DNA from: an uncultured Actinomycetes bacterium
GTDB taxonomy: Bacteria; Actinomycetota; UBA4738; HRBIN12
Assembly: GCA_963704725.1 (NCBI GenBank)
Contig: OY969934.1
Span: 2,080,001 to 2,144,000 of the forward strand
DNA: 64,000 bases
Direction: 5' to 3'
The notes beneath the pieces were generated by a model. The model ran no database searches and had not been told where the DNA came from. It saw only the letters and a list, made by a program, of their open reading frames with translations. The translations under genes were made by a program, and so were the position numbers. This document shows positions 47,691 to 58,560 of the stretch, piece by piece. Each line of letters starts with the position of its first letter. Position 1 is the first letter of the stretch.

Positions 47691-49474
47691 GCGTCCTCCT
47701 CGGCCGGAGCGATCACGGCGATGCCGAGCTCCATGAGCTGCTCCGCGGAGACCGGCGCGGGGGCCCCGGTGAGCGGGTCCGCGCCGGACTGCGCCTTGGG
47801 GAAGGCGGTCACGTCGCGCAGGGTCTCCTTGCCCGCCATGAGCATGACGAGCCGGTCGATGCCCATGGCGATGCCCCCGTGGGGCGGCACGCCGTACCGG
47901 AACGCCAGCAGGAGATGGCCGAACTTCTCCTGGATCTCCTCTTCCGACAGCCCAAGCACCTCGAACACCCGGTGCTGCACGCTCGGATCGTGGATGCGGA
48001 TGCTGCCGCCGCCCATCTCGAACCCGTTCAGGACGAGATCGTAGGCGCGAGCCTTGGCGGTCCGGGGATCCACGTCGTCGGACAGCGGCGACGTGAAGGG
48101 GTGGTGGTTGGACACCCACTTGCCCTCGTCGTCGGACCACTCGAAGAGCGGGGGCTCCGTGTACCAGCAGAAGGCCCACTCGCCGGCGGGCGCCAGGCCG
48201 GCTCGCTCGGCCACGAGCCGCCGCAGCCCGTCGAGCGCCGAATGCACGCGGCTCGGTTGATCCGCCACGAGCAGGACGACCTCCCCGTCGGCCGAGTCCG
48301 TCTTCTTCACGATCGCGGCGATCTCCTCCGGCGACAGGAACTTGGCGATCGGCCCCTCGCAGCTCGCCCGACCCGAGGTTCCGGAACCACGCCAGCCCGG
48401 CCGCGCCGCGTCCGCGCGCGAACGTCTCCAGGTCCTTGGCGTCCTTGCGCGAGAGGCTCCGCCCCACGGCGCGGAGAACCCCTTGATCGCCCCCCCGGCC
48501 TCGAGGACGCCCCGGAAGGCGTTGAAGGCGGTGCCGGCGAAGTCGCCGCCCAGGTCCGCGATGAGCATGCGGTCGCCGTAGCGGAGGTCGGGCTTGTCCG
48601 TCCCGTACCGGCTCATCATCTCGTCGTACGTCATGCGGGGGAACGGCGTCGGCACCTTCACGCCGTGCACCTCCTCGACGATGCGCGCGTAGATCGGCTC
48701 GATCACGGCGAACAGGTCGTCCTCGTCGACGAACGACATCTCGATGTCGAGCTGCGTGAACTCGAAGCTCCGGTCGGCTCGGGGCTGCTCGTCGCGGAGG
48801 CAGCGGACGATCTGGTAGTAGCGGTCCTGGCCGGCGACCATCAGGAGCTGCTTGAGCTGCTGCGGCGACTGCGGCAGCGCGTAGAACGAACCGGGCTGCA
48901 GGCGCGAGGGCACGAGGAAGTCGCGAGCCCCCTCGGGTGTGCTCCGCGTGAGGAACGGCGTCTCGACCTCGAGGAACCCCCGCGCCTCCATCTCCTGGCG
49001 GATGATCCGGTTGATCTCGTGGCGGAGCCGGAGCATCTTCGTCATCTCGGGACGGCGCAGGTCGAGGTAGCGGTGACGCAGGCGCAGCTCCTCGGAGGCC
49101 TCGATGCGGTCCTCCACCGGGAACGGCGGCGTGTCGGCCGGGCTGAGGACCTCGGCCTGTTGGACGGCGATCTCGATCTCGCCCGTCGGGAGCTCGGGGT
49201 TCACGGTGCCCTCAGGGCGCGCCCGCACTTCGCCGGTCACGCGCACGACGGACTCGGACCTGAAGGCCTGGGCCGCAGCGTGCGCCTCGGGGGCGTCCTC
49301 CGGGTGGAACACGAGCTGCACGAGGCCTTCCCGGTCGCGGAGGTCGACGAAGGTGACCCCTCCGTGGTCGCGCCGGCGCCACACCCACCCGCAGAGCGTC
49401 ACGGGCGTCCCGGCGTCCTCACCGCGCAGCTCCCCGCACGCGTGGGTGCGCATCGCCGTCCGCAGGTCGCTCAT
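47687..49474 (-). CDS. aspS: Aspartate--tRNA ligase, likely non-discriminating; two compensating frameshifts at about 48355 and 48463
   Basis: RTHACG, RRRDHGG, STPEGARDF, LPQSPQ, PPHGG. Confidence 0.96.
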   Translation of the reverse strand: MSDLRTAMRTHACGELRGEDAGTPVTLCGWVWRRRDHGGVTFVDLRDREGLVQLVFHPEDAPEAHAAAQAFRSESVVRVTGEVRARPEGTVNPELPTGEIEIAVQQAEVLSPADTPPFPVEDRIEASEELRLRHRYLDLRRPEMTKMLRLRHEINRIIRQEMEARGFLEVETPFLTRSTPEGARDFLVPSRLQPGSFYALPQSPQQLKQLLMVAGQDRYYQIVRCLRDEQPRADRSFEFTQLDIEMSFVDEDDLFAVIEPIYARIVEEVHGVKVPTPFPRMTYDEMMSRYGTDKPDLRYGDRMLIADLGGDFAGTAFNAFRGVLEAGGAIKGFSAPWGGASRARTPRTWRRSRADAARPGWRGSGTSGRASCEGPIAKFLSPEEIAAIVKKTDSADGEVVLLVADQPSRVHSALDGLRRLVAERAGLAPAGEWAFCWYTEPPLFEWSDDEGKWVSNHHPFTSPLSDDVDPRTAKARAYDLVLNGFEMGGGSIRIHDPSVQHRVFEVLGLSEEEIQEKFGHLLLAFRYGVPPHGGIAMGIDRLVMLMAGKETLRDVTAFPKAQSGADPLTGAPAPVSAEQLMELGIAVIAPAEEDA

Positions 49475-50746
49475 GGCTCCACCGTCTCGCCGTGGGAGGC
49501 GAGCCAGTTCACCACATCCGCCAGCGGAACCTGCCGCTGATCGCCGCCCGAGAGCGGGCGCATCGTCACGGTGCCCGCCTCGACCTCGTCGGGGCCGAGG
49601 ATGGCCGCGTACGCGGCGCCGGCGCGGTCGGCCATCCGGAGCTGCGCCTTGAGCGGCCGATCCTCGAACGCGATGTCGGCCCCCACGCCGGCGCCCCGGA
49701 GCGCCCGGACGAGCTCCCGCCCGGCCGCGCGGCCCTGCTCGCCGAGCCCCACGACGAACGCCGCGATCGCCGGCTCCTCGGGCTGGTCCAGACCCTCGTC
49801 CTGGAGCGCCAGGAGCACGCGCTCCAGGCCCATGCCGTAGCCGACCCCGGGCACGTGCGGGCCCCCCGAGGACCTCGGCCAGCCCGTCGTACCGGCCGCC
49901 GCCGAACAGCGTCGCCTGCTGCGACGACAGGCCCTCCGCGACGAACTCGAACGCCGTCCGGGTGTAGTAGTCGAGACCCCGGACCAGCGTGGGCGTGTTC
50001 GCCGCCTCGATCCCCTCGTCCCGGAGGCCCTGGAGCACACCTTCGAAGTGCTCCGTGCACGGATCGCACAGCCGGTCCACCATCTTCGGCGCCTGGGCGG
50101 CGACGGCGGCACACGCCTCGTCCTTGCAGTCCAGGACGCGGAGTGGGTTGTCCTCGAACCGGTCCTTGTGCTCGTCGCGGAGCCGGTCACGGTTGGCGCG
50201 GAGGAACGTCACGAGCTCCTCGCGATACGCGGGGCGGCAGACCTCGTCGCCGAGCGAGTTGACCTCGACGCGGAAGCGCGCGAGGCCGAGATCGCGCAGG
50301 AACCGGTCCCCCACCGCGATGACCTCGACGTCGGCCGCGGGGGCGGCCTCGGCGAACACCTCGATGCCGAACTGCCGGTGCTCGCGGTAGCGGCCCGCCT
50401 GCGGCCGGCTGAACCGGTACATGCGCGTGAGGTAGTACGCCTTGAACGGCGTCGGCATCTCGGTCCGCTTGTGGAGGTAGGCCCGCATCACGGGCGCCGT
50501 GCCCTCGGGCCGCAGGGTCAGCGAGCGGTCGCCCCGGTCGAGGAACGTGTACATCTCCTTGGAGACCACGTCGCTCGTCCGCCCGGAGGTGGTCGAGAAC
50601 AGCTCCGTGTCCTCGAACCCCGGCGTCTCGACGTAGCGGTACCCGTAGCGGCGCGCGAGCTCGGCCGCCCGGTCGTAGAGCGCGCGCATGCGGCTCCCCG
50701 CCGGCGGCATCAGGTCGAGCGTCCCTCGGGGCGGCTGGAGCTCCAC
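49471..50746 (-). CDS. hisS: Histidine--tRNA ligase; +1 frameshift in G6 at 49862-49867
   Basis: PRGT, KEMYTF, LRPEGTA, VRGLDYY, GGGRYD, then GMGLER in the next frame. Confidence 0.96.
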
Positions 50747-50747
50747 C

Positions 50748-51368
50748 TCAGAGCTCCAGGAGGAAGGGGTTGCGCGAGCGCTCCCGGCCCACCGAGGTCC
50801 GCGGTCCGTGGCCCGGGTACACCTCGAGGGCGTCGGGCAGCTCGAGGAACCGGCGAAGGCTGGCCATCATCGCCGCCTCCGAGGAGCTCGGGAAGTCGTA
50901 CCGGCCGATCGAGCCGGAGAAGACCAGGTCGCCCGACAGGACCCAGCCGTCGGTCCGGAAGCACACGCTGCCCGGAGTGTGCCCCGGGGTGTGGAGCACC
51001 TCGATGCGGAACCCGGCAAAGGTCAGGACGTCCCCGTCGGCCAGGGTTCGGACGTCCTTGACCGGAACCGGCGGGGTGCCACCGAAGGTCGCCCCCCACG
51101 CCTCGGGGTCGGTGAGCGCGAGGAGATCGCCCTCGTGGATGTAGAAGGGGAGGTCGTCGCCGCAGAACTCGGGCGCGCTCCCGATGTGGTCGAAGTGCCC
51201 GTGGGTGGCCAGGACGGCGACGGGGCGCCGGCCCTCGGTCTCGAGCATCCGGTGGACCAGCCCGGGCGCGAACCCCGGGTCCACCACCACGGCCTCGTCG
51301 GTCCCGTCGGCGCCGATCAGCCAGCAGTTGGACTCGAACGAGTTGTCGGAGAACACGTCCAGGTACAT
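50748..51368 (-). CDS. MBL-fold metallo-hydrolase
   Basis: THGHFDH, TPGHTPGS, SGD, PGHG. Confidence 0.93.
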   Translation of the reverse strand: MYLDVFSDNSFESNCWLIGADGTDEAVVVDPGFAPGLVHRMLETEGRRPVAVLATHGHFDHIGSAPEFCGDDLPFYIHEGDLLALTDPEAWGATFGGTPPVPVKDVRTLADGDVLTFAGFRIEVLHTPGHTPGSVCFRTDGWVLSGDLVFSGSIGRYDFPSSSEAAMMASLRRFLELPDALEVYPGHGPRTSVGRERSRNPFLLEL

Positions 51369-51394
51369 GGGGCGGCCATCGTATCGGGTGAGCG

Positions 51395-51841
51395 TCAGAG
51401 CTCGGCGGCGTCGATCCAGAGCGTGACGGGACCGTCGTTGACCAGCTCGACGGCCATGTGCTCGCGGAACGCGCCGCGGGCGACCCGGGCGCCGAGGCTC
51501 TCCAGGGCCCGGGCGAAGGCCTCGATGCGATCGGCGGCGACCTCGGGCGGGGCGGCGCCGTCCCACGAGGGCCGGCGGCCCCGGCGGACGTCGCCGAAGA
51601 GGGTGAACTGCGGCACCACGAGGATCTCGCCGCCGACGTCGGACACGGACCGGTTCATCTTGCCCTGCTCGTCCTCGAACACCCGGAGATGGAAGACCTT
51701 GGCGGCCAGCCGGTCGTACTCGCCGAACCCGTCGTCCCTCCCCACGCCCACCAGCAGCAACAGGCCCGTTCCGATCGACGCGACCGGTTCGCCGCGCACG
51801 GACACCGATGCGCGCGCCACCCGCTGGAGGAGGACCCGCAC
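51395..51841 (-). CDS. dtd: D-aminoacyl-tRNA deacylase
   Basis: QRVARASV, PQFTL, NDGPVT. Confidence 0.95.
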   Translation of the reverse strand: MRVLLQRVARASVSVRGEPVASIGTGLLLLVGVGRDDGFGEYDRLAAKVFHLRVFEDEQGKMNRSVSDVGGEILVVPQFTLFGDVRRGRRPSWDGAAPPEVAADRIEAFARALESLGARVARGAFREHMAVELVNDGPVTLWIDAAEL

Positions 51842-54089
51842 TATCGAGGGACGACGCGGAACGCGTCGTAGACGTTCTCGACCTTCTTCACCGCGGCCAG
51901 GATGCCGGCCAGGTGCGTGATGTCGGCGAGCTCGAACGTGAACCGGAGCGTCGTGGTCCGGTCCCGTCCCACGGCCGAGGTCGCCGACAGGATGTTCACG
52001 TGGTGGTCCGACAGCGCCGTGGCCACGTCCGAAAGCAGCCGCGTGCGGTCGAGCGCGTCGACCTGGACCGCGACGACGAACGACGTCGGCTTGCCCGTCC
52101 GCCACGTGACGTCGATCAGCCGCTCGGCCTGCGCCGACAGGGCGCGGGCGTTGGGGCAGTCGGTGCGGTGGACGCTGACCCCCTGCCCCCGGGTGACGAA
52201 CCCCATGATCTCGTCGCCCGGCACCGGCGTGCAGCATCGCGCGAGCCGGACCCACACGTCCGCCGAGCCGGGCACGACCACGCCGGAGGTCACGTCCTTC
52301 TCGAGCCGGACCGGCCGGGCCAGGGGGACCTCGGTGACGTCCTCCTCGGTGAGTCCCCTGGACGCTGCGCGTCAGCCGGGCCACCACCGACTGCGGTGAC
52401 ACGTGCCCCTCCCCCATCGCCACGTAGAGCGAGTCCAGGGTGGGGAACTTCATCTCGTCGGCGAGCTGCTTCAGGGCGTCCTCGGTGGCCAGCCGCTTGA
52501 ACGGGACGTTCTGCCGGCGCATGAGGCGCTGGAGCGCGTCGCGGCCCTCCTCGAGGGCGTCCTCCCGCCGCTCCCGGCTGAACCACTGCCGGACCTTGTT
52601 GCGCGCCCGGGGCGTCTTGACGAACCGGAGCCAATCCTGCGACGGCCCCTCGCCCTGCGCCTTCGACGTGAGGATCTCCACCGTGTCGCCCGTCCGCAGC
52701 TCGTAGTCGAGCGGCACCAGCTTGCCGTTCACCTTCGCGCCGATCGTCCGATGGCCGACCTCGGTGTGGATCGAGTAAGCGAAGTCCACGGGCGTGGCGC
52801 CCGCGGGGAGATTCGTCACGTCGCCCTTGGGCGTGAAGCAGAAGACCTGCCCCCCGTAGAGGTCGATCTTCAGGCCCTCCATGAACTCGCGAGGGTCGGC
52901 CATGTCCTTCAGCCACTCGAGCATCTGCCCCAGCCACGCGAGGTCGGCGGCCTCCTTCGCCTTCTTGCCGTCGCGACCTTCCTTGTACCGCCAGTGCGCC
53001 GCGATGCCGAACTCGGCCGTGCGGTGCATCTCGCGGGTCCGCAGCTGGACCTCGATCGCCCGCCCCTGTGGTCCCACCACCGTCGTGTGCAGCGACTGGT
53101 ACATGTTCGACTTGGGCATCGCCACGTAGTCCTTGAAGCGGCCGGGGACCGGCTTCCACAGCGAGTGGACCGCGCCCGAGCGCCCCGTAACAGTCGCGGA
53201 TCGAGTCGACGAGGATGCGGATGCCGGCGAGATCGTAGATCTCGTTGAACTCCTTGCCGCCGATCACCATCTTCTCGTAGATCGAGTACAGGTGCTTGGG
53301 CCGCCCCTCGACGTCGGCCTTCACGCCGGCATCCCGGAGCCGGCGGCGCGCCGACTCGAGCACGCCGTCGACGTACTCCTGGCGGTCGCCGCGGCGCCGC
53401 TCGACCAGGTTGGCGATCTCGCGGTAGGGGCCGGGGTGCAGCGTCTTGAACGACAGGTCCTCGAGCTCCCACTTCACCTGCTGCACGCCGAGGCGGTGCG
53501 CGAGCGGCGCGTAGATCTCGATCGTCTCGGTCGCGATCCGCCGCTGCTTCTCGGGCGGCAGCGGCGCGATCGTCCGCATGTTGTGCAGGCGGTCGGCGAG
53601 CTTGATCAGCAGGACGCGGATGTCGCCCGCCATGGCCACGATCATCTTGCGGACGTTCTCGGCCTGCTCCTGCTCACGGCTGCGGAACGTGATCGACTCG
53701 AGCTTGGTCAGCCCGTCGACGATCCGGGCCACCTCCGATCCGAACAGCTCCTCGAGCTGCTCCAGCGTGACCTCGGTGTCCTCGACCGTGTCGTGCAGGA
53801 GCGCCGCCTGCAGCGTCGTCGTGTCGAGCCCGAGGTCGGCGAGCACGCGGGCCACCGACAGGGGGTGCTGGATGAACGGCTCGCCCGACAGCCGGGTCTG
53901 ACCCGCGTGGTGCTCCTCGGCGAACCGGTAGGCGCGCTCGATCTCCTTCAGGTCCGCCTTGGCGTTGAAGGCCTTGACGGCCCGAAGGAGCCCCTCGATG
54001 CCCTCGCCGGGCGGCTCGGGCTCGCCGGGGCGCAGCCGGGACAGCAGCCCGCCGCGCCGCTCCGTCCGGACCTGTTCCCTGCTGTCCAC
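51841..54089 (-). CDS. relA: Bifunctional (p)ppGpp synthetase/hydrolase; frameshifts at about 53176 and 52356
   Basis: LLHDTVED, KLADRLHN, YQSLHT, AAHWRYK, TGS, CC.PVPGD, ACT spread over three frames. Confidence 0.95.
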
Positions 54090-54151
54090 CTCGCCTCCTC
54101 GGAACGGCCAGTCTACGCCGGTCGGACGCAGCGGCCGCCCGCGAGGGCGGG

Positions 54152-54673
54152 TCAGTAATCGAGCAGCGTGAACAGGTCGTAGCCCTGGAGCTTGTCGCGT
54201 CCGTGCAGGAAGCCGAGCTCGATGAGGCAGGCGATGCCGATGACCTTGCCGCCGATCCGCTCGACGAGCCCGGCCGTCGCCTGGGCCGTCCCCCCCGTGG
54301 CGAGCACGTCGTCGACGACCAGGACCCGCTCACCGGGCCTCACGGCGTCCTTGTGGATCTGGAGTGTGGCCGTCCCGTACTCGAGCGCGTACTCGGCGGA
54401 CTCCGTGTGCCAGGGGAGCTTGTCCTTCTTGCGGACGGGGACGAACCCGGCGCCGAAGTGGTACGCCACCGGCGACGCGAGGATGAACCCGCGGGCCTCG
54501 ATCCCGACGACCTTGTCCACGTTGCCCCGCCCGAAGTGCACGACGATCAGGTCGATCACGCTGGAGAAGGCAAGCTCGTCCGCGAGCAGCGGCGTGATGT
54601 CCTTGAAGACGATGCCCTCCTGGGGGAAATCGGGCACGTCGCGCACGAGGGCTCGGAGCTGCTCGAGGTCCAC
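54152..54673 (-). CDS. apt: Adenine phosphoribosyltransferase
   Basis: FKDITPLL, EARGF, VDDVLATGGT. Confidence 0.97.
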   Translation of the reverse strand: MDLEQLRALVRDVPDFPQEGIVFKDITPLLADELAFSSVIDLIVVHFGRGNVDKVVGIEARGFILASPVAYHFGAGFVPVRKKDKLPWHTESAEYALEYGTATLQIHKDAVRPGERVLVVDDVLATGGTAQATAGLVERIGGKVIGIACLIELGFLHGRDKLQGYDLFTLLDY

Positions 54674-54677
54674 GAGT

Positions 54678-55838
54678 TCACCTCCGCTTGCGCTTGGCCG
54701 GCGGCTTCCGCCGGCTCTTGGGCCGCGGTCGCGAGGGCTGGCCGGGCCGCCGGGCCGCCGGCGCCGGCGCCGGCGCCGGCGCCGAGGAGCCTCGGGCGCC
54801 CACCGCCGCGTGCTCGGCCTCAGGCTCGTCCTCGGTCGCGACGGGCCGCGCGGCCGGCACCGCCCGCAGACGGCGGTCGCTCCGGCCCTCCAGGCGGGCG
54901 CGGTGCTGCTGGTACTTGGGCTCGCGCTCCTTCAGCATGACCAGGATCGGCGTCGCGACGAAGATCGACGAGTAGGCGCCTGTGACCACGCCGATGAGCA
55001 TCGCGAACGCGAAGTCCTTGAGCGTCGCGCCGCCGAACAGCAGCAACGACAGGATCGGAAGCACGACGACGAGCGACGTGTTGACCGAGCGCATCAGCAC
55101 CTGGTTCATCGACAGGTTCGCCACGCCCTCGTACGTGTCCTTCGCCAGCACGGTCGGGTTCTCGACGTTCTCCTCGACCTTGTCGTAGATCACGACCGTG
55201 TCGTAGAGGGAGTACCCGAGGATCGTCAGGACCGCGATGACGGTCGGCGGCGAGACCTCGCGGCCCGTCAGCGCGTACACGCCGACGGTGATCGCGACGT
55301 CGTGGACCATGGCCGCCAGCGCCCCGACCGCCATCTTGAGCTCGAAGCGCATCGTGACGTACAGCGCGATGGCGGCCAGCACGATGACGAGCCCGATCAC
55401 GGCCTGACGGGTGATCTGTCTTCCCCAGGTGGGGCCGACCACCTGCGTGCTGACGTCGTTGGAGCTCACGCCGGCCTGCCGCGCCAGGTCCTCGATGAGC
55501 GTCGTCCGCTCGGTGACCGTCAGGTCCGTGATCGACGTCGTGCGGATCGAGATCCGGTCCCCGCTCACGAGCTGGATCTCGGCGTCCCCCCGGTTGAACG
55601 GCGCCTCGGCGAGGATGCCCCGGACGTCCTCGACGGAGGCGCCCGCCGGGTCCGGGTACTGGATCAGCGACCCGCCGGTGAAGTCGATCGAGAAGTTGAG
55701 CCCGCGGATGAGGAACCCCGCCATGGCGAGCAGGAGGACCGCGCCGGACAGCACGAACCACAGGTTCCGCCGCTGCACGATGGGCAGGCTCGGCGTCCGG
55801 TATCCCCGGTAGACGTGGAGCGCGTGCCTGAGGTTCAC
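54678..55838 (-). CDS. secF: Protein translocase subunit SecF
   Basis: IDFTGG, VGPTWG, HDV, GYSLYDTVVIYD, RSVNT. Confidence 0.95.
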   Translation of the reverse strand: MNLRHALHVYRGYRTPSLPIVQRRNLWFVLSGAVLLLAMAGFLIRGLNFSIDFTGGSLIQYPDPAGASVEDVRGILAEAPFNRGDAEIQLVSGDRISIRTTSITDLTVTERTTLIEDLARQAGVSSNDVSTQVVGPTWGRQITRQAVIGLVIVLAAIALYVTMRFELKMAVGALAAMVHDVAITVGVYALTGREVSPPTVIAVLTILGYSLYDTVVIYDKVEENVENPTVLAKDTYEGVANLSMNQVLMRSVNTSLVVVLPILSLLLFGGATLKDFAFAMLIGVVTGAYSSIFVATPILVMLKEREPKYQQHRARLEGRSDRRLRAVPAARPVATEDEPEAEHAAVGARGSSAPAPAPAPAARRPGQPSRPRPKSRRKPPAKRKRR

Positions 55839-57823
55839 TTCGATGCCCCGGCGATCGCCGGCGCCTGCTCGAGCGCGACGCCGCTCGTGACGCCGATCCC
55901 GCGCATCGTGACGAGCCGCTCGTTGCGCGCGAGGAGGAACACGGCGGGCCGCTTGAAGAAGTACACGACGAACAGGTCGAGGAGAACGGACACGCCCAGG
56001 GTCAGGGCGAATCCGCGCACCGAGCTGATCGCCGTGAGGTACAGGACCACAGCCGCCAGCCCGGTGACGATGTCGGCCGCCACGATCGTGCGGAAGGCCC
56101 GCTTGAACGCCGGCGCGACGGCAACCCTCGGCGACTTGCCGCCGTGGACCTCGTCCTTGAACCGCTCGAAGAACACGATGTAGGAGTCCGCCGTGACGCC
56201 GAGCGAGATGACCAGTCCCGCGACGCCGGCGAGCGACAGGCTGTAGCCGAGGCTCCGCCCGGCCAGCGCGACGAGCGCGAACGCCAGCACCGCCCAGATC
56301 GTCATCCCCAGCCAAGCGATGATCGCCAGGATCCGGTAGTAGAAGAGCAGGTACAGGAACAGCAGGACGAGGCCGGCGATCCCGGCTGCGATCCCGGCGT
56401 CGAGCGACTCCTTGCCGAGCGTCGGGCTCACGGTCACGACGTTCTGCGTGGTGAGCTCCACGGGCAGGGCGCCCGCGTTGAGCTGCGTGGCCAGGTCCTT
56501 GGCCCGGTTCTGCGTGAAGCTGCCCTCGATCACGCCGGAGCCGTTCGTGATCGGCGAGTTCACGGTTGGGGCGGAGATCACCTGCCGGTCGACGACGATC
56601 GCGAGCTGTCCGCTCCCGGCGAGCTGGGTGGTGATCTGCCCGAACTTGTCCGACCCCGGGCCCGAGAGCGTGAAGTTGATGACCCATCCCCTTCCGACGG
56701 AGGTCGAGCCGCCGGCGTCGAACGTGGCCTGGGCGCCGTCGATCGCGTCGCCCGTGACCGCCACCGGACCGAGCTTGTACTTCGTCTGCTGGGCGCGGTC
56801 GAAGAAGACGACCTGCTCGTCACGCAGGGCCTGGAAGGAGCACGCGGCGCTCTCGATCTCGGTCTGGGTGGCGCACTGGGCCGGGGTGGTGTCGTAGCCG
56901 GGCGACTCCGGGGTGAGCGTCTCGACGACGGGACGGAACTCGAGCCGGGCCGTCTCTCCGATCACCTGGAGCAGGCGCTCCTGACCCGTGGCCTGCAGCT
57001 TCTCCTGGGCGGCGTCGCGCGTGAGGAAGCACCCGAGCTGCTTGTCGGCCGAGCTGATCACGCAGAACAGGTGATCGGTCTTCGCGACGGCGAGCTCGGC
57101 GAGCTTGTCCTTCGCCTCCTGCTCCGTCGGGTAGCACGCGACGGAGAGGTCGCTCCGGAACGTCGCGGCGCCCTCTCCCTGGACGCAGTACGAGTTGGTG
57201 ACGTCGGCCGAGACGTCGCCGAGGCTCGTGTCGGCTTCGTCGCGCGTCGGGAAGCACGGGTCCTGTGCGAGGCCCGTCCCCGTCAGGCAGAACTGGCCGT
57301 TCTGCTTCTCCACGGTGATCGCGGCGATCGCGTCCGTGGCCTCCTTCTCGGTGCCGAAGCAGGGCGCGGTGTCCGGGCTGTCGGCGAACGGCCCTCCGGC
57401 CAGACAGGCGGACTCCACGACGGTGCCGACCGCCGCGGCGTCCAGCTGCGCCTGCGCGTCGGCCTGGGTCTCGGTGTGCCCGAAGCTCGTCCCGGAGTCG
57501 TCGAGGATGTCGAAGCGTGTCGTCGGGCGGTCCTGGATCGTCCCGCGGGCCAGCCCAGGGATCTGGACCTCGATGTTGTTCCGCGAGACGAACAGGGTCG
57601 GCTCGGCGGTGCCGAACGCGTCGATGCGCGTCCGGATGTTCTCCAGGGCCCGGTCCATCACGTCCTGCGGGGTGCCGTCGGGCGCCGACAGCACGACCGA
57701 GACACCGCCCTGCAGGTCGAGCCCGAGCACCGGCTGGGTCCCGGTGGCGAACAGCGCCACCGAGCCCGCGACGAGCGCGAGCACGAAGATGATCGAGATC
57801 CAGAGGGGGCGGGTCCTCCTCAT
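55835..57823 (-). CDS. secD: Protein translocase subunit SecD with Cys-repeat insertion
   Basis: LGLDLQGG, LAIVVD.QVISAP, GALP, VSPTLG, ADSYIVFFER. Confidence 0.95.
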   Translation of the reverse strand: MRRTRPLWISIIFVLALVAGSVALFATGTQPVLGLDLQGGVSVVLSAPDGTPQDVMDRALENIRTRIDAFGTAEPTLFVSRNNIEVQIPGLARGTIQDRPTTRFDILDDSGTSFGHTETQADAQAQLDAAAVGTVVESACLAGGPFADSPDTAPCFGTEKEATDAIAAITVEKQNGQFCLTGTGLAQDPCFPTRDEADTSLGDVSADVTNSYCVQGEGAATFRSDLSVACYPTEQEAKDKLAELAVAKTDHLFCVISSADKQLGCFLTRDAAQEKLQATGQERLLQVIGETARLEFRPVVETLTPESPGYDTTPAQCATQTEIESAACSFQALRDEQVVFFDRAQQTKYKLGPVAVTGDAIDGAQATFDAGGSTSVGRGWVINFTLSGPGSDKFGQITTQLAGSGQLAIVVDRQVISAPTVNSPITNGSGVIEGSFTQNRAKDLATQLNAGALPVELTTQNVVTVSPTLGKESLDAGIAAGIAGLVLLFLYLLFYYRILAIIAWLGMTIWAVLAFALVALAGRSLGYSLSLAGVAGLVISLGVTADSYIVFFERFKDEVHGGKSPRVAVAPAFKRAFRTIVAADIVTGLAAVVLYLTAISSVRGFALTLGVSVLLDLFVVYFFKRPAVFLLARNERLVTMRGIGVTSGVALEQAPAIAGASK

Positions 57824-58560
57824 GCCAGCTCCGCTCCGTTGATCGTGAGCTTGAACCGACAGTCGAGGACCTCGGCGGCCTTCCGGCACATCTGCATGCG
57901 TCCGAGGAAGATCTCGAAGTACTCCATGACCTGGCTGATCTGGGTGTCGATCGTCAGCTCGAGCGTGACGGTCTTGGCCACCGAGTCTACCCGGAGGAAG
58001 GATTGTTCCGCAGCGAAGTTGACCCGGTCGTGGATGTCGAACTCGATCTGCCCCGACTTGCGGACGCGGCTCCGGTGCACGTCGGACTTGTCCGCCAGGA
58101 TCACCGCGGCCGAGACGGGAGAGACGGCCGCCCCGTTCTCCTCCTCGTGGTTGGCCACGGCGGCCACGACGAGCGCCAGGTCGGCCGCGGCCACGCGCTC
58201 GCGCAACGCCTCGTAGACGAGCACGCCGCCGGTCTGCCCGTGGGCCACGCGCGAGATCATGCAGCCGACGTCGTGCAGGTAGCCGGCCACGCAGCCCAGG
58301 TTCGCCGTGTGCTCGTCGAAGCCGGCCCGCTGCAGCACGTTGAACGCGATGCGCGCGGACAGGTTGGCGTGGCGGAACCCGTGCTCGGTGTATCCCAGCC
58401 CCTCCATCACGCGGTCGGCGGCCGAGATGAAGTGCGACAGCTCCTCGTTCGCCTTGACCATGTCGAGCGTGAGGGGTTCGGGTTCGATCGCCGGAGCGGC
58501 GGGCGGTGTGGGTCCCGGCGCGGGGGCCGGCGGCGCGAGGGGTGCCGGCTCGGAGCTCAC
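57820..58560 (-). CDS. HD-domain phosphohydrolase
   Basis: GYTEHGFRH, LHDVG, ILADKSDVHRSRV, IHDRVN. Confidence 0.85.
   Translation of the reverse strand: MSSEPAPLAPPAPAPGPTPPAAPAIEPEPLTLDMVKANEELSHFISAADRVMEGLGYTEHGFRHANLSARIAFNVLQRAGFDEHTANLGCVAGYLHDVGCMISRVAHGQTGGVLVYEALRERVAAADLALVVAAVANHEEENGAAVSPVSAAVILADKSDVHRSRVRKSGQIEFDIHDRVNFAAEQSFLRVDSVAKTVTLELTIDTQISQVMEYFEIFLGRMQMCRKAAEVLDCRFKLTINGAELA

Noticed and set aside
47687-50746. Apparent 1019-aa HisS-AspS fusion
   Set aside because: A +1 indel in a G6 run shifts hisS into the aspS frame; the true hisS C-terminus and an ATGA stop/start overlap exist at 49471-49474
51395-53125. RelA-Dtd fusion ORF
   Set aside because: Produced by the relA frameshifts; dtd has its own GTG overlapping the relA stop
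54759-54784. gccggc hexamer repeats
   Set aside because: Encodes a PAPAPA linker in the SecF tail; ordinary low complexity
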